Shown here one piece after another: positions 9,548 through 18,214 of a stretch of DNA of 32,000 nucleotides. Numbering within the stretch: position 1 is the first letter of the stretch; each line of letters begins with the position of its first letter. Source of the DNA: Prevotella phage Lak-A1. The notes below the pieces were generated by a model. The model was not told the origin of the DNA and made no database searches. It saw only the letters and a program-made list of their open reading frames with translations. The DNA is taken from the sequence record MK250016.1; one strand, written 5' to 3'. The translations under genes were made by a program, and so were the position numbers.

Positions 9548-10411
9548 TTATATACTTATATCTTTTATTTCTCTATCTAATGATATACATTTAGGATCTA
9601 TATTTTCATATGTAAAAACACTATTCTATCCTTTTGGATCATCAAAGAATCTATACATAGTTGCTTTATTTCCTTCAATATAAGAACCTCTTGTTTTTAA
9701 ATCTATCTTTAATATTACTGCATTATTTATATTTTGTTTATTCTTAAATAAATCTTTTGCATAACTTTCCAATTTATTATAATTATATTTTAAATAAAAA
9801 TAAACTCTATCTGGATAATTATCACCATTAAATTGCTTAGATCTCGGTATTAACCCATTTTTCTATATTTTCTAATATGTTTTATAATCAGTTATATGGT
9901 ATAAAATACCATCACATTCCTTATATACATAATCAGTTAATTCATATATAAATTTTGGATGTAACATAAATACATAGTTATCATTCTATCGTTTTTTTAC
10001 CGCAATAAAATATCCTAAATTATAAATAATAGATTCTAGATTTATTAATGCATCTTTATTATATTCATCATCATAATCATCACAATATATATAAAAATAT
10101 AATAATGGTGTTTTATCTTTCTATAATGGATTATAATCAATTCCAGCATGATGAATAAAACCATCAAAATATTTTTTTAGTTTAGATAATGCTTTATTCG
10201 GATCCATTGTATGTAATAAACCTTCATACAAATAATTTTGTTCACATTTTTTTAAGTAACTATATTGACATGTATCTTCTATACCATATTTTAGTTGATT
10301 ATATGACTAAAACCATATATTATCTTTTGAATATTCTCTTAATGCATTATCATAATAATTAAATTTCATTTCAAATAAGGTTTTACCTATCAATCTATCA
10401 TAACTATTCAT
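9548..10411 (-). CDS. Hypothetical protein with ADP-ribosyltransferase/KptA-like segment; several in-frame TAG codons
   Basis: Recoded frame of 288 codons, MNSYDRLIGKTLFEMKFN...CDGILYHITDYKTYQKIQKNGLIPRSKQFNGDNYPDRVYFYLKYN...; LYHIT...I...GLIPRS...VYFY is ART-like. Absent from track. Confidence 0.65.
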
Positions 10412-10412
10412 A

Positions 10413-11402
10413 TTATTTGTGAAATTTATTATATATTATTTTCTATATATTCTACTTGAACTTCTTATAATTAGTCTATAATTCAAATATCATCGCTTGA
10501 AATTTATCTTTATCATCCTATGTATATTCAGAAAATCTAGGTCTATAATCAAAATGATATTCGTTAATCTTATATTTTACTAAATGATATTTATAACATG
10601 AATAATTAAATATTTCCATAGGACCAAAATTATTTGAAACATATATAGTTCTTAACATATTAATATATTTTTTCATTTCTGATAATAATGTTATATCATT
10701 CAATGAATCAATATCTTCATCTTCAGATTTAACATGTTCATATACAGCATTTAATCTTGCACGCTCTTCCGATTTATTAAATATATAACATAATCTCTAA
10801 CTTTTTTCAAAATACATATTATCCCATATAAATGGATTCGTTTCATCATCCGGTAATCTATTTTTCTCTGATTTTAAAACGTCTTTATCTTCCAATGCAT
10901 ACATTTCTCTTATATGTAAAAATTCATGCTTACATGAATCTCGCAATAACTATATATTATTCTATATCATATATGAATTTAGATAAATAACTATTTCATT
11001 ATCATCTTTATCTTCACTTTTTATATATGAATAAGAAGTTGATTTTATATCATTTAATATATAAACATATATAGGATATTTTATATTTTCATTATCTACT
11101 TTTTTACATAAAGAATTTTTAATATTGTAGTTATATCCTGTATATACTTTTATATCTCTACTTATATCTATATTATCTTTATAAATATCTTCTATAACAT
11201 CTATAACTTCATCAAATACATCACTTATATGGTATTCTTCATTTATGATATTAAGCATGTCGTCATCATCATTATATTGATATTGTAATCTTCTTTCATA
11301 CGACCAATTAAAATTACCACGTAAATGTCTATAATTATTTTCATATAATTTTTTTTCATTATGAAAATAATATTCAACTAATTCCTTTACATATTTGTTC
11401 AT
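10413..11402 (-). CDS. Hypothetical protein, 329 aa, multiple in-frame TAG codons (joins track fragments 10962-11402 and 10518-10703)
   Basis: Single frame: MNKYVKELVEYYF...YLNSYMI(Q)NNI(Q)LLRDSCKHEF...SLNDITLLSEMKKYINML...EYT(Q)DDKDKFQAMIFEL... TAA; 990 nt. Confidence 0.7.
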
Positions 11403-11488
11403 ATTAAAACAAAATTAATTTCAATATTTATAAAAAATAAAATAAGTTATAAAATTACAGGATAATTTTATAACTTATTGATAATTAG

Positions 11489-11578
11489 AGGAAGAAGTGG
11501 GATTCGAACCCACGAACCGCTATTAAACGATTTCGGGTTTTCAAGACCCGCGCATTCGACCAGCTCTGCCATCCTTCC
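11489..11578 (-). tRNA. tRNA-Ser(TGA)
   Basis: GGAAGGA/TTCTTCC acceptor, anticodon arm CGGGT-CTTGAAA-ACCCG, long variable arm, T arm GTGGG-TTCGAAT-CCCAC. Confidence 0.9.
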
Positions 11579-11720
11579 AAATAAAAAATTAGGATTTATA
11601 TTCTGTGAGAATCCTTTAACTCAATACCAATACGATGGTCTCCAAGACTTTCCATTAAATAAATTTAATGTTCTTGTAGTTACGATTCTATATCATAGTA
11701 ATATAGACTATTAATAATTG

Positions 11721-11791
11721 TTGCAACTAACGGAATCGAACCGCTTACTCTCTCGCATGATGAGAATGTGTTGCCATTACACCAAGATGCA
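11721..11791 (-). tRNA. tRNA with CAT anticodon (elongator Met or Ile2)
   Basis: TGCATCT/AGTTGCA acceptor, loop ATCATGC, T arm AGCGG-TTCGATT-CCGTT. Confidence 0.8.
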
Positions 11792-11913
11792 TGCAGAGTT
11801 TTATCGACCGCTTATTATCTCTGTCATTCATATTTCCCCATTTATAATATTACTTTATAGATACACAATCGCGAACAGTTATCTATATTCATAAAATAAA
11901 CGTATCATACTAG

Positions 11914-11987
11914 TTGCGCACTCCTGAACTCGAATCAGGGACCTCCAGGTTATGAGCCTGGCGAGCTACCAACTGCTCCAAGGCGCG
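11914..11987 (-). tRNA. tRNA-fMet-like (CAT), initiator-like
   Basis: CGCGCCTTGGAGCAGTTGGTAGCTCG...CTCATAA; C1-A72 type mismatch at acceptor end as in initiator tRNA. Confidence 0.75.
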
Positions 11988-12331
11988 ATATATAAAAACA
12001 TAAAAATAATAATGAATTCATAGATGGATTCCTGACTACCATCAAACCTCATTACATATTAAGCACATTATTCAGTCACTACAAGTTAGTTCATGACGCT
12101 AACTTTTTATGTAGGAAGGATTGATTACCTTCAAAGGCTACAGACATCATTCCATTAAAACGATTTGACCTTTCTTACGTCACTCACAGTTGGCCAACTG
12201 TGGCTATTTTAACCTTATGCTTCTTAATATTGATTACTCTAAATCATATCTTTTCAGATATAACCTAAATGCTTTATTTGCTGTCCACAAATTATTCAGC
12301 AATATAAAAACATTATTAAGTTATGTTATTG

Positions 12332-12517
12332 AGCTCCGAGTCGGATTCGAACCAACGACCTGCTCATTGCTCTATGCTGAAGAAACGAACTTCAGATATT
12401 ATAAATTTAATTCTCATTAAATTTTTGCATTAACCACTATGCTACATAGAGTTTAATTTTTTTCAATCTTTATTGATTGTAAACAAGTGAGCTGCACTAC
12501 CACTGTGCTATCGGAGC
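12332..12517 (-). tRNA. Interrupted tRNA, probably Thr(TGT), with 114-nt anticodon-loop insert
   Basis: 5' exon GCTCCGATAGCACAGTGGTAGTGCAGCTCACTTGT; 3' exon AATGAGCAGGTCGTTGGTTCGAATCCGACTCGGAGC. Acceptor GCTCCGA/TCGGAGC and anticodon stem GCTCA/TGAGC pair across the insert. Exact splice points, and so the anticodon, are ambiguous. Confidence 0.75.
12369..12482 (-). other. tRNA-embedded insert A (hairpin, linker, tRNA-like domain 12370-12451)
   Basis: CAATC-AATAAA-GATTG hairpin, AAAAAAATTAAA linker, then CTCTATG...CATAGAG acceptor-like, GCAT-AGTGGTTA-ATGC D-like arm, AAATTTAAT-GAGA-ATTAAATTT arm, CTGAAG-TTCGTTT-CTTCAG T-like arm. Confidence 0.7.
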
Positions 12518-12597
12518 ATAAATTTTATTAACTTATTATTTATCTAATTTACTTTAAAAATTAATAATAAATCAAAAAAATATTTCATAATTATTTG

Positions 12598-12678
12598 TAC
12601 CTTCACTCGGACTCGAACCGAGACGTAATTAAACCTAGCTCCTTAGGCTAGTGACTATACCAATTCGTCTATGAAGGT
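12598..12678 (-). tRNA. tRNA-Leu(AAG)
   Basis: ACCTTCA/TGAAGGT, CTAGC-CTAAGGA-GCTAG, variable arm, CTCGG-TTCGAGT-CCGAG. Confidence 0.85.
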
Positions 12679-12753
12679 ATTAAAATTAGTTTCATAAAGA
12701 AACTTTTTATTTAATAACGTAAATTTAAAATAATTTATTTTTAACTATTTTAG

Positions 12754-12827
12754 TAGTGCGTACCGGGATCGAACCGGTGAAATACCAGCGTGAAAAACTG
12801 GCGACTTAACCACTTGTCAAACGCACC
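12754..12827 (-). tRNA. tRNA-Glu(TTC)
   Basis: GGTGCGT/ACGCACT, loop TTTTCAC, ACCGG-TTCGATC-CCGGT. Confidence 0.85.
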
Positions 12828-12840
12828 AAATTTTTTTAAA

Positions 12841-12877
12841 ATACATTATATTATATATAACTTTTTAAATAAAGTCT
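12841..12877 (-). promoter_or_regulatory. Candidate phage promoter (copy 1 of AGACTTTATTT...TATAATAT(A/T)ATGTAT motif)
   Basis: Minus: AGACTTTATTTAAAAAGTTATATATAATATAATGTAT, upstream of tRNA-Glu. Confidence 0.5.
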
Positions 12878-12909
12878 ATATATTTATTAAAAATATTTTC
12901 AAAATATTT

Positions 12910-13015
12910 GTGGGAACAACAGGATTCGAACACTGTGACGTAAGATCATTTCAACCGGTTTGTAAATACAACCCACTTACCATGGGTCTCTCACACCAAC
13001 GAGAAGGTATTCCCA
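12910..13015 (-). tRNA. Atypical tRNA-like gene, isotype unresolved
   Basis: GGGAATA/TGTTCCC acceptor, D-like TTCTC-GTTGGTGT-GAGAG, ACCCA-TGGTAAG-TGGGT, long irregular variable region, T arm ACAG(T)G-TTCGAAT-CCTGT with bulged T. Confidence 0.5.
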
Positions 13016-13019
13016 AATA

Positions 13020-13577
13020 TTATAATTTATTTATATATTCCTTTAATTCTTTCGCTTTATATGGTAATTCATATTTTTTACACCATTTCTTTATAGCATT
13101 ACCAGAAATACCATATAATCTTCCAATATTTTCAAATGTAATATATTTCCTAAATAATTCTATTAACTCTTCTTTTGAAGGAATAATATAATTTTTATTG
13201 GTTTTTATATTATCAGATATTTTATTATACTAACTAATTATAGAATTGTCTTTAAATTTATATATTAAATTATTAACAGCATTATCATCTTTTATAATTT
13301 CTGTTGGACATTCTAGTAAATTACTATGTATTTCTCGATGACAATTAGAACATACTAATACACATTTATCTAATTCAGTTTTTACTTTATTCCAACTTCT
13401 AGTATAACCTCTACTTCCTATTGCAAAATCTTTCTATTCAGGATTAATATGATGAAATTCTAATGCTGAAATACATTTATTATAACCACAACATTGACAT
13501 CTATTCCCTTTATATGCTAATGCTAATAGTTTTATATGATCTCTTCGTTTCTAAACATATTCAGACTAACATTTCAT
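13020..13577 (-). CDS. HNH homing endonuclease with C-terminal HTH-like region; in-frame TAGs
   Basis: Recoded: MKCQSEYVQKRRDHIKLLALAYKGNRCQCCGYNKCISALEFHHINPEQKDFAIGSRGYTRSWNKVKTELDKCVLVCSNCHREIHSN...IGRLYGISGNAIKKWCKKYELP TAA; 558 nt. Confidence 0.9.
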
Positions 13578-13674
13578 GCATTTCCAATGAATTGAATTAT
13601 CATAAAAATACTATTTAAATAAAGTATTCCCATGCTTTTTGCATATACGATATTCTTTTATATCACTCATATTG

Positions 13675-13748
13675 CGCTTCGGAATGGACTCGAACCATTG
13701 ACTTTCTGATTAACAGTCAGACGTTCTAACCAACTGAACTACCGAAGC
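13675..13748 (-). tRNA. tRNA-Asn(GTT)
   Basis: GCTTCGG/CCGAAGC, TCTGA-CTGTTAA-TCAGA, AATGG-TTCGAGT-CCATT. Confidence 0.95.
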
Positions 13749-14415
13749 AAATATTGAATAGTTTATCTTCGGACACTATTCATAAATTATTAAAATTCAG
13801 TCATATACTTACCGAGAATTATATATGCACTATATCATGAAAGTTTATTCGTAATGGCACTACTTATCATGATTAAAACCATATTCAACTTTGGTAACTA
13901 ATATTCATATAGGAAAAATATCTTACCATCTCATCTTAAATATATGGTTGAATAACATATATTCATAATTATTTTTTAGAACCTATATTAAAATCAAAAA
14001 ATGCATATCATTATTATAAGAAATAATTAAAACTTATAATAAAGTCTCGAGCTATGCGCAATATCTTTATAAAAAATGTAAATATAAAACAGATAATATT
14101 GAATAACAAATTCTTTTTATAACTGTTTCATTATTTAAATCTACATCTTTTGTTCTATCTCTCTATATATGTAAATCATAAAGAAGATTATGTGAACGCC
14201 ATTCATTTATTAAACTATACATACTTCTTTTATGAATTATATTACTATTATCACATCTCTATTTAATACTATTAATAACATATTTCATGTTCTTAATAGA
14301 TTTTATTTGGTAACTATCAATAATACATATATTATCTTTACTAATAATTACTTCTGGATTAATCATAAATATATTTTTAACTATTTCATATATTTATTCA
14401 TAATCAACATTATTG

Positions 14416-14488
14416 TGACTCTGGTAAGATTCAAACTTACGACTCACTCCTTAGAAGGGAGTTGCTCTATTCACTGAGCTACAGAGCC
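14416..14488 (-). tRNA. tRNA-Arg(TCT)
   Basis: GGCTCTG/CAGAGTC, ACTCC-CTTCTAA-GGAGT, GTAAG-TTTGAAT-CTTAC. Confidence 0.9.
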
Positions 14489-14519
14489 AAATAACAACAT
14501 AGATATGTTGAACAAGTTG

Positions 14520-14593
14520 CGGTACGTACGAGATTCGAACTCGTGACTTCTACAGTGACAGTGTAGCGCTCTGACCAACTGAACTAACGCACC
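14520..14593 (-). tRNA. tRNA-Asp(GTC)
   Basis: GGTGCGT/ACGTACC, CTACA-CTGTCAC-TGTAG, ACGAG-TTCGAAT-CTCGT. Confidence 0.95.
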
Positions 14594-14823
14594 AAATTAA
14601 AAAACAGAAGTCATTTATATATTAAGTATTTGAGTTATTAAATATATTCCAAAAATATATTAATCACTTTGTAAACATTATTATAAAAATAAGTTTGCTG
14701 TATTGACTTCCATATTCATAAACAAATCTCATTAAACACTTACATTTCTTACTAATAAAAGTCTCATCGTAAGTCAAATACTTCAATTATTATTTATGAA
14801 TTATTATATTATTTAAATTTGTG

Positions 14824-14898
14824 TGGGCCCAGTAGGACTTGAACCTACGACCTTCAGATTATGAGTCTGCTGCTGCTAACCGTCTGAGCTATAGGCCC
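14824..14898 (-). tRNA. tRNA with CAT anticodon (Met or Ile2)
   Basis: GGGCCTA/TGGGCCC, loop CTCATAA, GTAGG-TTCAAGT-CCTAC; D arm somewhat irregular. Confidence 0.85.
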
Positions 14899-14965
14899 AA
14901 ATAATATATTTTTATATTATGTAATTAAAATATCTATATTATTAATATTAAAATTTAATTTATAG

Positions 14966-15038
14966 TGTTCCGTACGAGACTCGAACTCGTTACCCCGATA
15001 TTAAAAGTATCGTGCTCTGCCAGATGAGCTAACGGAAC
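14966..15038 (-). tRNA. tRNA-Lys(TTT)
   Basis: GTTCCGT/ACGGAAC, CGATA-CTTTTAA-TATCG, ACGAG-TTCGAGT-CTCGT. Confidence 0.95.
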
Positions 15039-15048
15039 CGCATATTAA

Positions 15049-15867
15049 TTACATAACCTAATATAATTTATCTAATCGTTCATTATATCTCCAAAATTGA
15101 CAATGTAATTTATTTATAATATTATTCTAACGAATTATATCTTTATCTGATAAAATATTATTATATACATCTTTATAATGTTTAGGTTCATCATATTCAA
15201 ATACAATATTTTTTTCTTTATCATATCCATCAAGAAAATAACCTAAAATCTCACATTCACCACCATTTCCGTAATACTATAAATTCCAGTTATTTTCTTT
15301 ATTTAATTTTTCTATATATTCTCCAGAATTTTTATTAAATCGTGGATTGTGAAATCCTTTATTCTTTTTCAAATATTCAATTGCACCTAATCGCTATTTA
15401 TATTTATGATCTTCTGTATGATGTGTACCTAAATTATAGGGTATATTTTTACCAGACATATAATTCTATCTAATTGTAATTGATTGCTATTTTACGCTAT
15501 CACTTGTTTTTATAGTTAAACCTTTATTCCATGCAATATGTCCTTTTGTTGCTCCATTATTGCCATGATGTATTTCTCTATTAGGATTCATATGACAATA
15601 TCTTTCATGATATTTTATACCATAAATTGAATATAAATTATTACAAAACTAACAATTAACTTTCTAACAATTAATTTTCTTTATCTTAAAATCTTTCTAT
15701 TTAAACTATAAATCAATATTATATTTTTCAACTATTATTTTTAAATAATTTATATTTCCTGAATTCTAATAACAATTTAACTATCGCAAACAATCATTAT
15801 ATGATGTACAATTATTTAATTTCTAAATAATTTCATTATCACTAATCTATTTAATATTATTTTTCAT
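15049..15867 (-). CDS. Putative Vsr/EDxHD-type homing endonuclease with zinc-finger-like region; many in-frame TAGs
   Basis: Recoded 819 nt: MKNNIKQISDNEIIQKLNNC...NCQKVNCQFCNNLYSIYGIKYHERYCHMNPN...GKNIPYNLGTHHTEDHKYKQRLGAIEYLKKNKG...NIVFEYDEPKHYKDVYNNILSDKDIIRQN... TAA. Confidence 0.8.
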
Positions 15868-15880
15868 GTTTTCAAAGAAC

Positions 15881-15920
15881 TAAATACATAATATTATATG
15901 TAAAACTTAAAATAAAGTCT
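15881..15920 (-). promoter_or_regulatory. Candidate phage promoter (copy 3) followed by boxA-like GTTCTTTGAA
   Basis: Minus: AGACTTTATTTTAAGTTTTACATATAATATTATGTATTTA then GTTCTTTGAA (15871-15880). Confidence 0.5.
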
Positions 15921-15952
15921 ATTTTTAATAGATTATTTTTTAAATTATTTTG

Positions 15953-16026
15953 TTGGGTGGGTGAGACTTGAACTCACGACCTCTTGCTTATCAGGCAAGC
16001 TATCTAACCAGCTGATATACCACCCA
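15953..16026 (-). tRNA. tRNA-Ile(GAT)
   Basis: TGGGTGG/CCACCCA, CTTGC-CTGATAA-GCAAG, GTGAG-TTCAAGT-CTCAC. Confidence 0.9.
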
Positions 16027-16297
16027 AAATTAAAACAAGTAGATTTACGAGACACAGCTTCTTCACCCTTTATAAAGGAAACTCGCTATTAGGCACTTGC
16101 GCTGTTTTACGAAGTTGTTGTGTGTCAACTTATGGCTTCTCACGAAATTTGCTGCTCTTCACATCTATGATCGAAATCAAACCAATTCTTTTCAATAATT
16201 GACCTGTAACCCTTATCAGTTCTTCAGTATATAACATAAGCTAGCATTACTATACACTTACTCATTATTATAATCAGAAGTCTATACTTGTTTTTAG

Positions 16298-16380
16298 TAG
16301 AGATAAAGGGACTCGAACCCTTACACTTTAACAGTATATGCTCCTAAGGCATACGTGGCTACCAATTACACCATATCTCT
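16298..16380 (-). tRNA. tRNA-Leu(TAG)
   Basis: AGAGATA/TATCTCT, TATGC-CTTAGGA-GCATA, long variable arm, AAGGG-TTCGAGT-CCCTT. Confidence 0.9.
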
Positions 16381-16386
16381 AAAATG

Positions 16387-16541
16387 TGGACCCTCGTGGA
16401 ATCGAACCACGACCTCTGGATTGTCTCTATAAATGGAATCGAACCATTAATAATAACCATTAATATTATAGAGATTGATTTAATACAGTTTACTCTGTTA
16501 ATTCAGTCCAGCGTACAGGCACCAGCCATACGCAAGGTCCA
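16387..16541 (-). tRNA. Interrupted tRNA, probably Phe(GAA), with 79-nt anticodon-loop insert
   Basis: 5' exon TGGACCTTGCGTATGGCTGGTGCCTGTACGCTGGACTGAA; 3' exon AATCCAGAGGTCGTGGTTCGATTCCACGAGGGTCCA; anticodon stem CTGGA/TCCAG pairs across the insert. Anticodon ambiguous if the splice site shifts (GAA or GAC). Confidence 0.75.
16423..16501 (-). other. tRNA-embedded insert B (hairpin, linker, minimal tRNA-like domain 16424-16474 lacking an anticodon arm)
   Basis: ACAG-AGTAAA-CTGT hairpin, ATTAAATCAA linker, TCTCTAT...ATAGAGA acceptor-like, AAT-ATTAATGGTT-ATT D-like arm, AATGG-TTCGATT-CCATT T arm. Confidence 0.75.
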
Positions 16542-16549
16542 TTTATGTG

Positions 16550-16629
16550 TTGCGGGTCTTAGAGTCGCACTAAGTATCGCATAGCTTATGAGACTAGCAT
16601 GATTTATATATCTGTTTCACCCCCCCGCA
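16550..16629 (-). tRNA. Degenerate/atypical tRNA with CAT anticodon
   Basis: TGCGGGG/ACCCGCA acceptor, TAGT-CTCATAA-GCTA anticodon arm, CTTAG-TGCGACT-CTAAG T arm; D region lacks GG and is irregular. Confidence 0.45.
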
Positions 16630-16907
16630 ATATTATATTATTATTTTTTAAATAGGCAATTTTCACTGGTTATATTTAAACTATTCCATTGTCCTCAGCT
16701 ATCTAACGTTCTTTTTCTTTCTAACCCAAATGATTAATTTTAAGGTAATTACGCTATTTAATAGCGTCACTGAGAGTTGTTTAGAACCTATACTTTATTT
16801 GTCAGATTTAGAGATTCGAACTCCTTAGACTTATTCCCGCGCGTCCTATTCGTCAATCTACCCATCTGTAGAAATACAGTTCCCACACTGTAAGTCACCT
16901 GTAATTG

Positions 16908-16978
16908 TTGGACTAGTAGGACTCGAACCTACTCAAATAGCGTCAAAGGCTATTGTGCTGCCATTACACCATAGTCCA
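16908..16978 (-). tRNA. tRNA-Gln(TTG)
   Basis: TGGACTA/TAGTCCA, ATAGC-CTTTGAC-GCTAT, GTAGG-TTCGAGT-CCTAC. Confidence 0.9.
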
Positions 16979-17372
16979 GTATTTATATCACATAGCGGTT
17001 GTAATTGGATTCGAACCAATAATCTACCCACGACCTTGGGTCATTCTACGAGTAAACGATAATTTTTTTATTCATTATAAGCAAATAATTATAAAATCAA
17101 TAACGGTATAAGAGCTTAAGATTAATACCATTCGATCCGCAAACATCTCATATTAATTATTATAATATTCGAAATAAATATTCATTTTAATTACCAGTTT
17201 TAACTACTCCACCTGTTTTGAACTATACAACCATATTATTAAAAATAGACGTTCCTATCTGATTTGCACAGCACCCTATACCATAATGATATAGATTCTA
17301 ACTATTAAACTATCAGAACATTAAATATACTTAATAACTAGTATATAAAAATATATCCTCTATTTTTATTTC

Positions 17373-17783
17373 TTAATTTGATGGATGATAATAATCTTTC
17401 CAATTATTAAATGTATTCTTTATTGATAAATTTTGTAAATATTCAACAGAATAACATTTATTAGTATGTATTATTCTATGATGATTTGGACATACAATAA
17501 TTAAATTTGAAACATCATCAGTTCCACCATTACATTTCTCAATTATATGATGAATATCACATGTTGATTCATTCCAACCACATATTGCACAACCTATTTT
17601 AGAACGATTTAAAATCTTTGATATTGTTCTTTTTGAACAATCTAATATAGAATTTATTTCTTGTTCTTTTGAATGTTTTCTATGTTGTTTACATTCATCA
17701 CATCTTATATATCTATCTTTACGGATTGTCTTATTAGTTAAAAAAGATTTTCCACATATTTCACATATATACTAATATTCCAT
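17373..17783 (-). CDS. HNH homing endonuclease; one in-frame TAG
   Basis: Recoded: MEYQYICEICGKSFLTN...RCDECKQH...IGCAICGWNESTCDIHHIIEKCNGGTDDVSNLIIVCPNHHRIIHTNKC... TAA; 411 nt. Confidence 0.9.
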
Positions 17784-17790
17784 AATAATG

Positions 17791-17873
17791 TGGGTGAGGC
17801 AGGACTCGAACCTGCGAAGTCAAATGACAGCTGATTTACAGTCAGCCCCCTTTGCCGCTCGGGACACTCACCC
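17791..17873 (-). tRNA. tRNA-Tyr(GTA)
   Basis: GGGTGAG/CTCACCC, GCTGA-CTGTAAA-TCAGC, long variable arm, GCAGG-TTCGAGT-CCTGC. Confidence 0.95.
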
Positions 17874-17879
17874 AAAATT

Positions 17880-17983
17880 AATGAAATATTTCGAAGAAAT
17901 TGCATCTTCTAATAATCTTACAGCTTACCTTTTAGGTTTTTTAATAGCATGCCTGTTACTTCACAGGAACAAAATATTTCATT
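17880..17983. repeat. Structured element closed by 12-bp inverted repeat
   Basis: AATGAAATATTT ... AAATATTTCATT with internal hairpin CCTGT-GAAGTA-ACAGG (minus). Confidence 0.6.
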
Positions 17984-18214
17984 AAAAATTACCCGAAACA
18001 TTCATTGTCGTCACAGTCACATCTATAGGATTTAAAAATAGATTCTAACCAGGAAGAGTTTGCTCTACATCATCAGATTTATTTTATATTTAGACTTAAT
18101 AATAAATCCTACATACTTACCATATAACTCTTTTATTTAATAGTCATATAAATACACTGCCTAATAATATAAGTATACAACTATTACTGTAATGTTTCAC
18201 ACAAGACGTTCCTT

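Noticed and set aside
10518-10703. Separate small gene 10518-10703 and premature end of 10962-11402
   Set aside because: Both are fragments of one TAG-containing frame, 10413-11402.
16298-16380. TAG suppressor tRNA
   Set aside because: 'TAG' here is the anticodon itself (Leu, reading CTA/CTN). A suppressor would need anticodon CTA.
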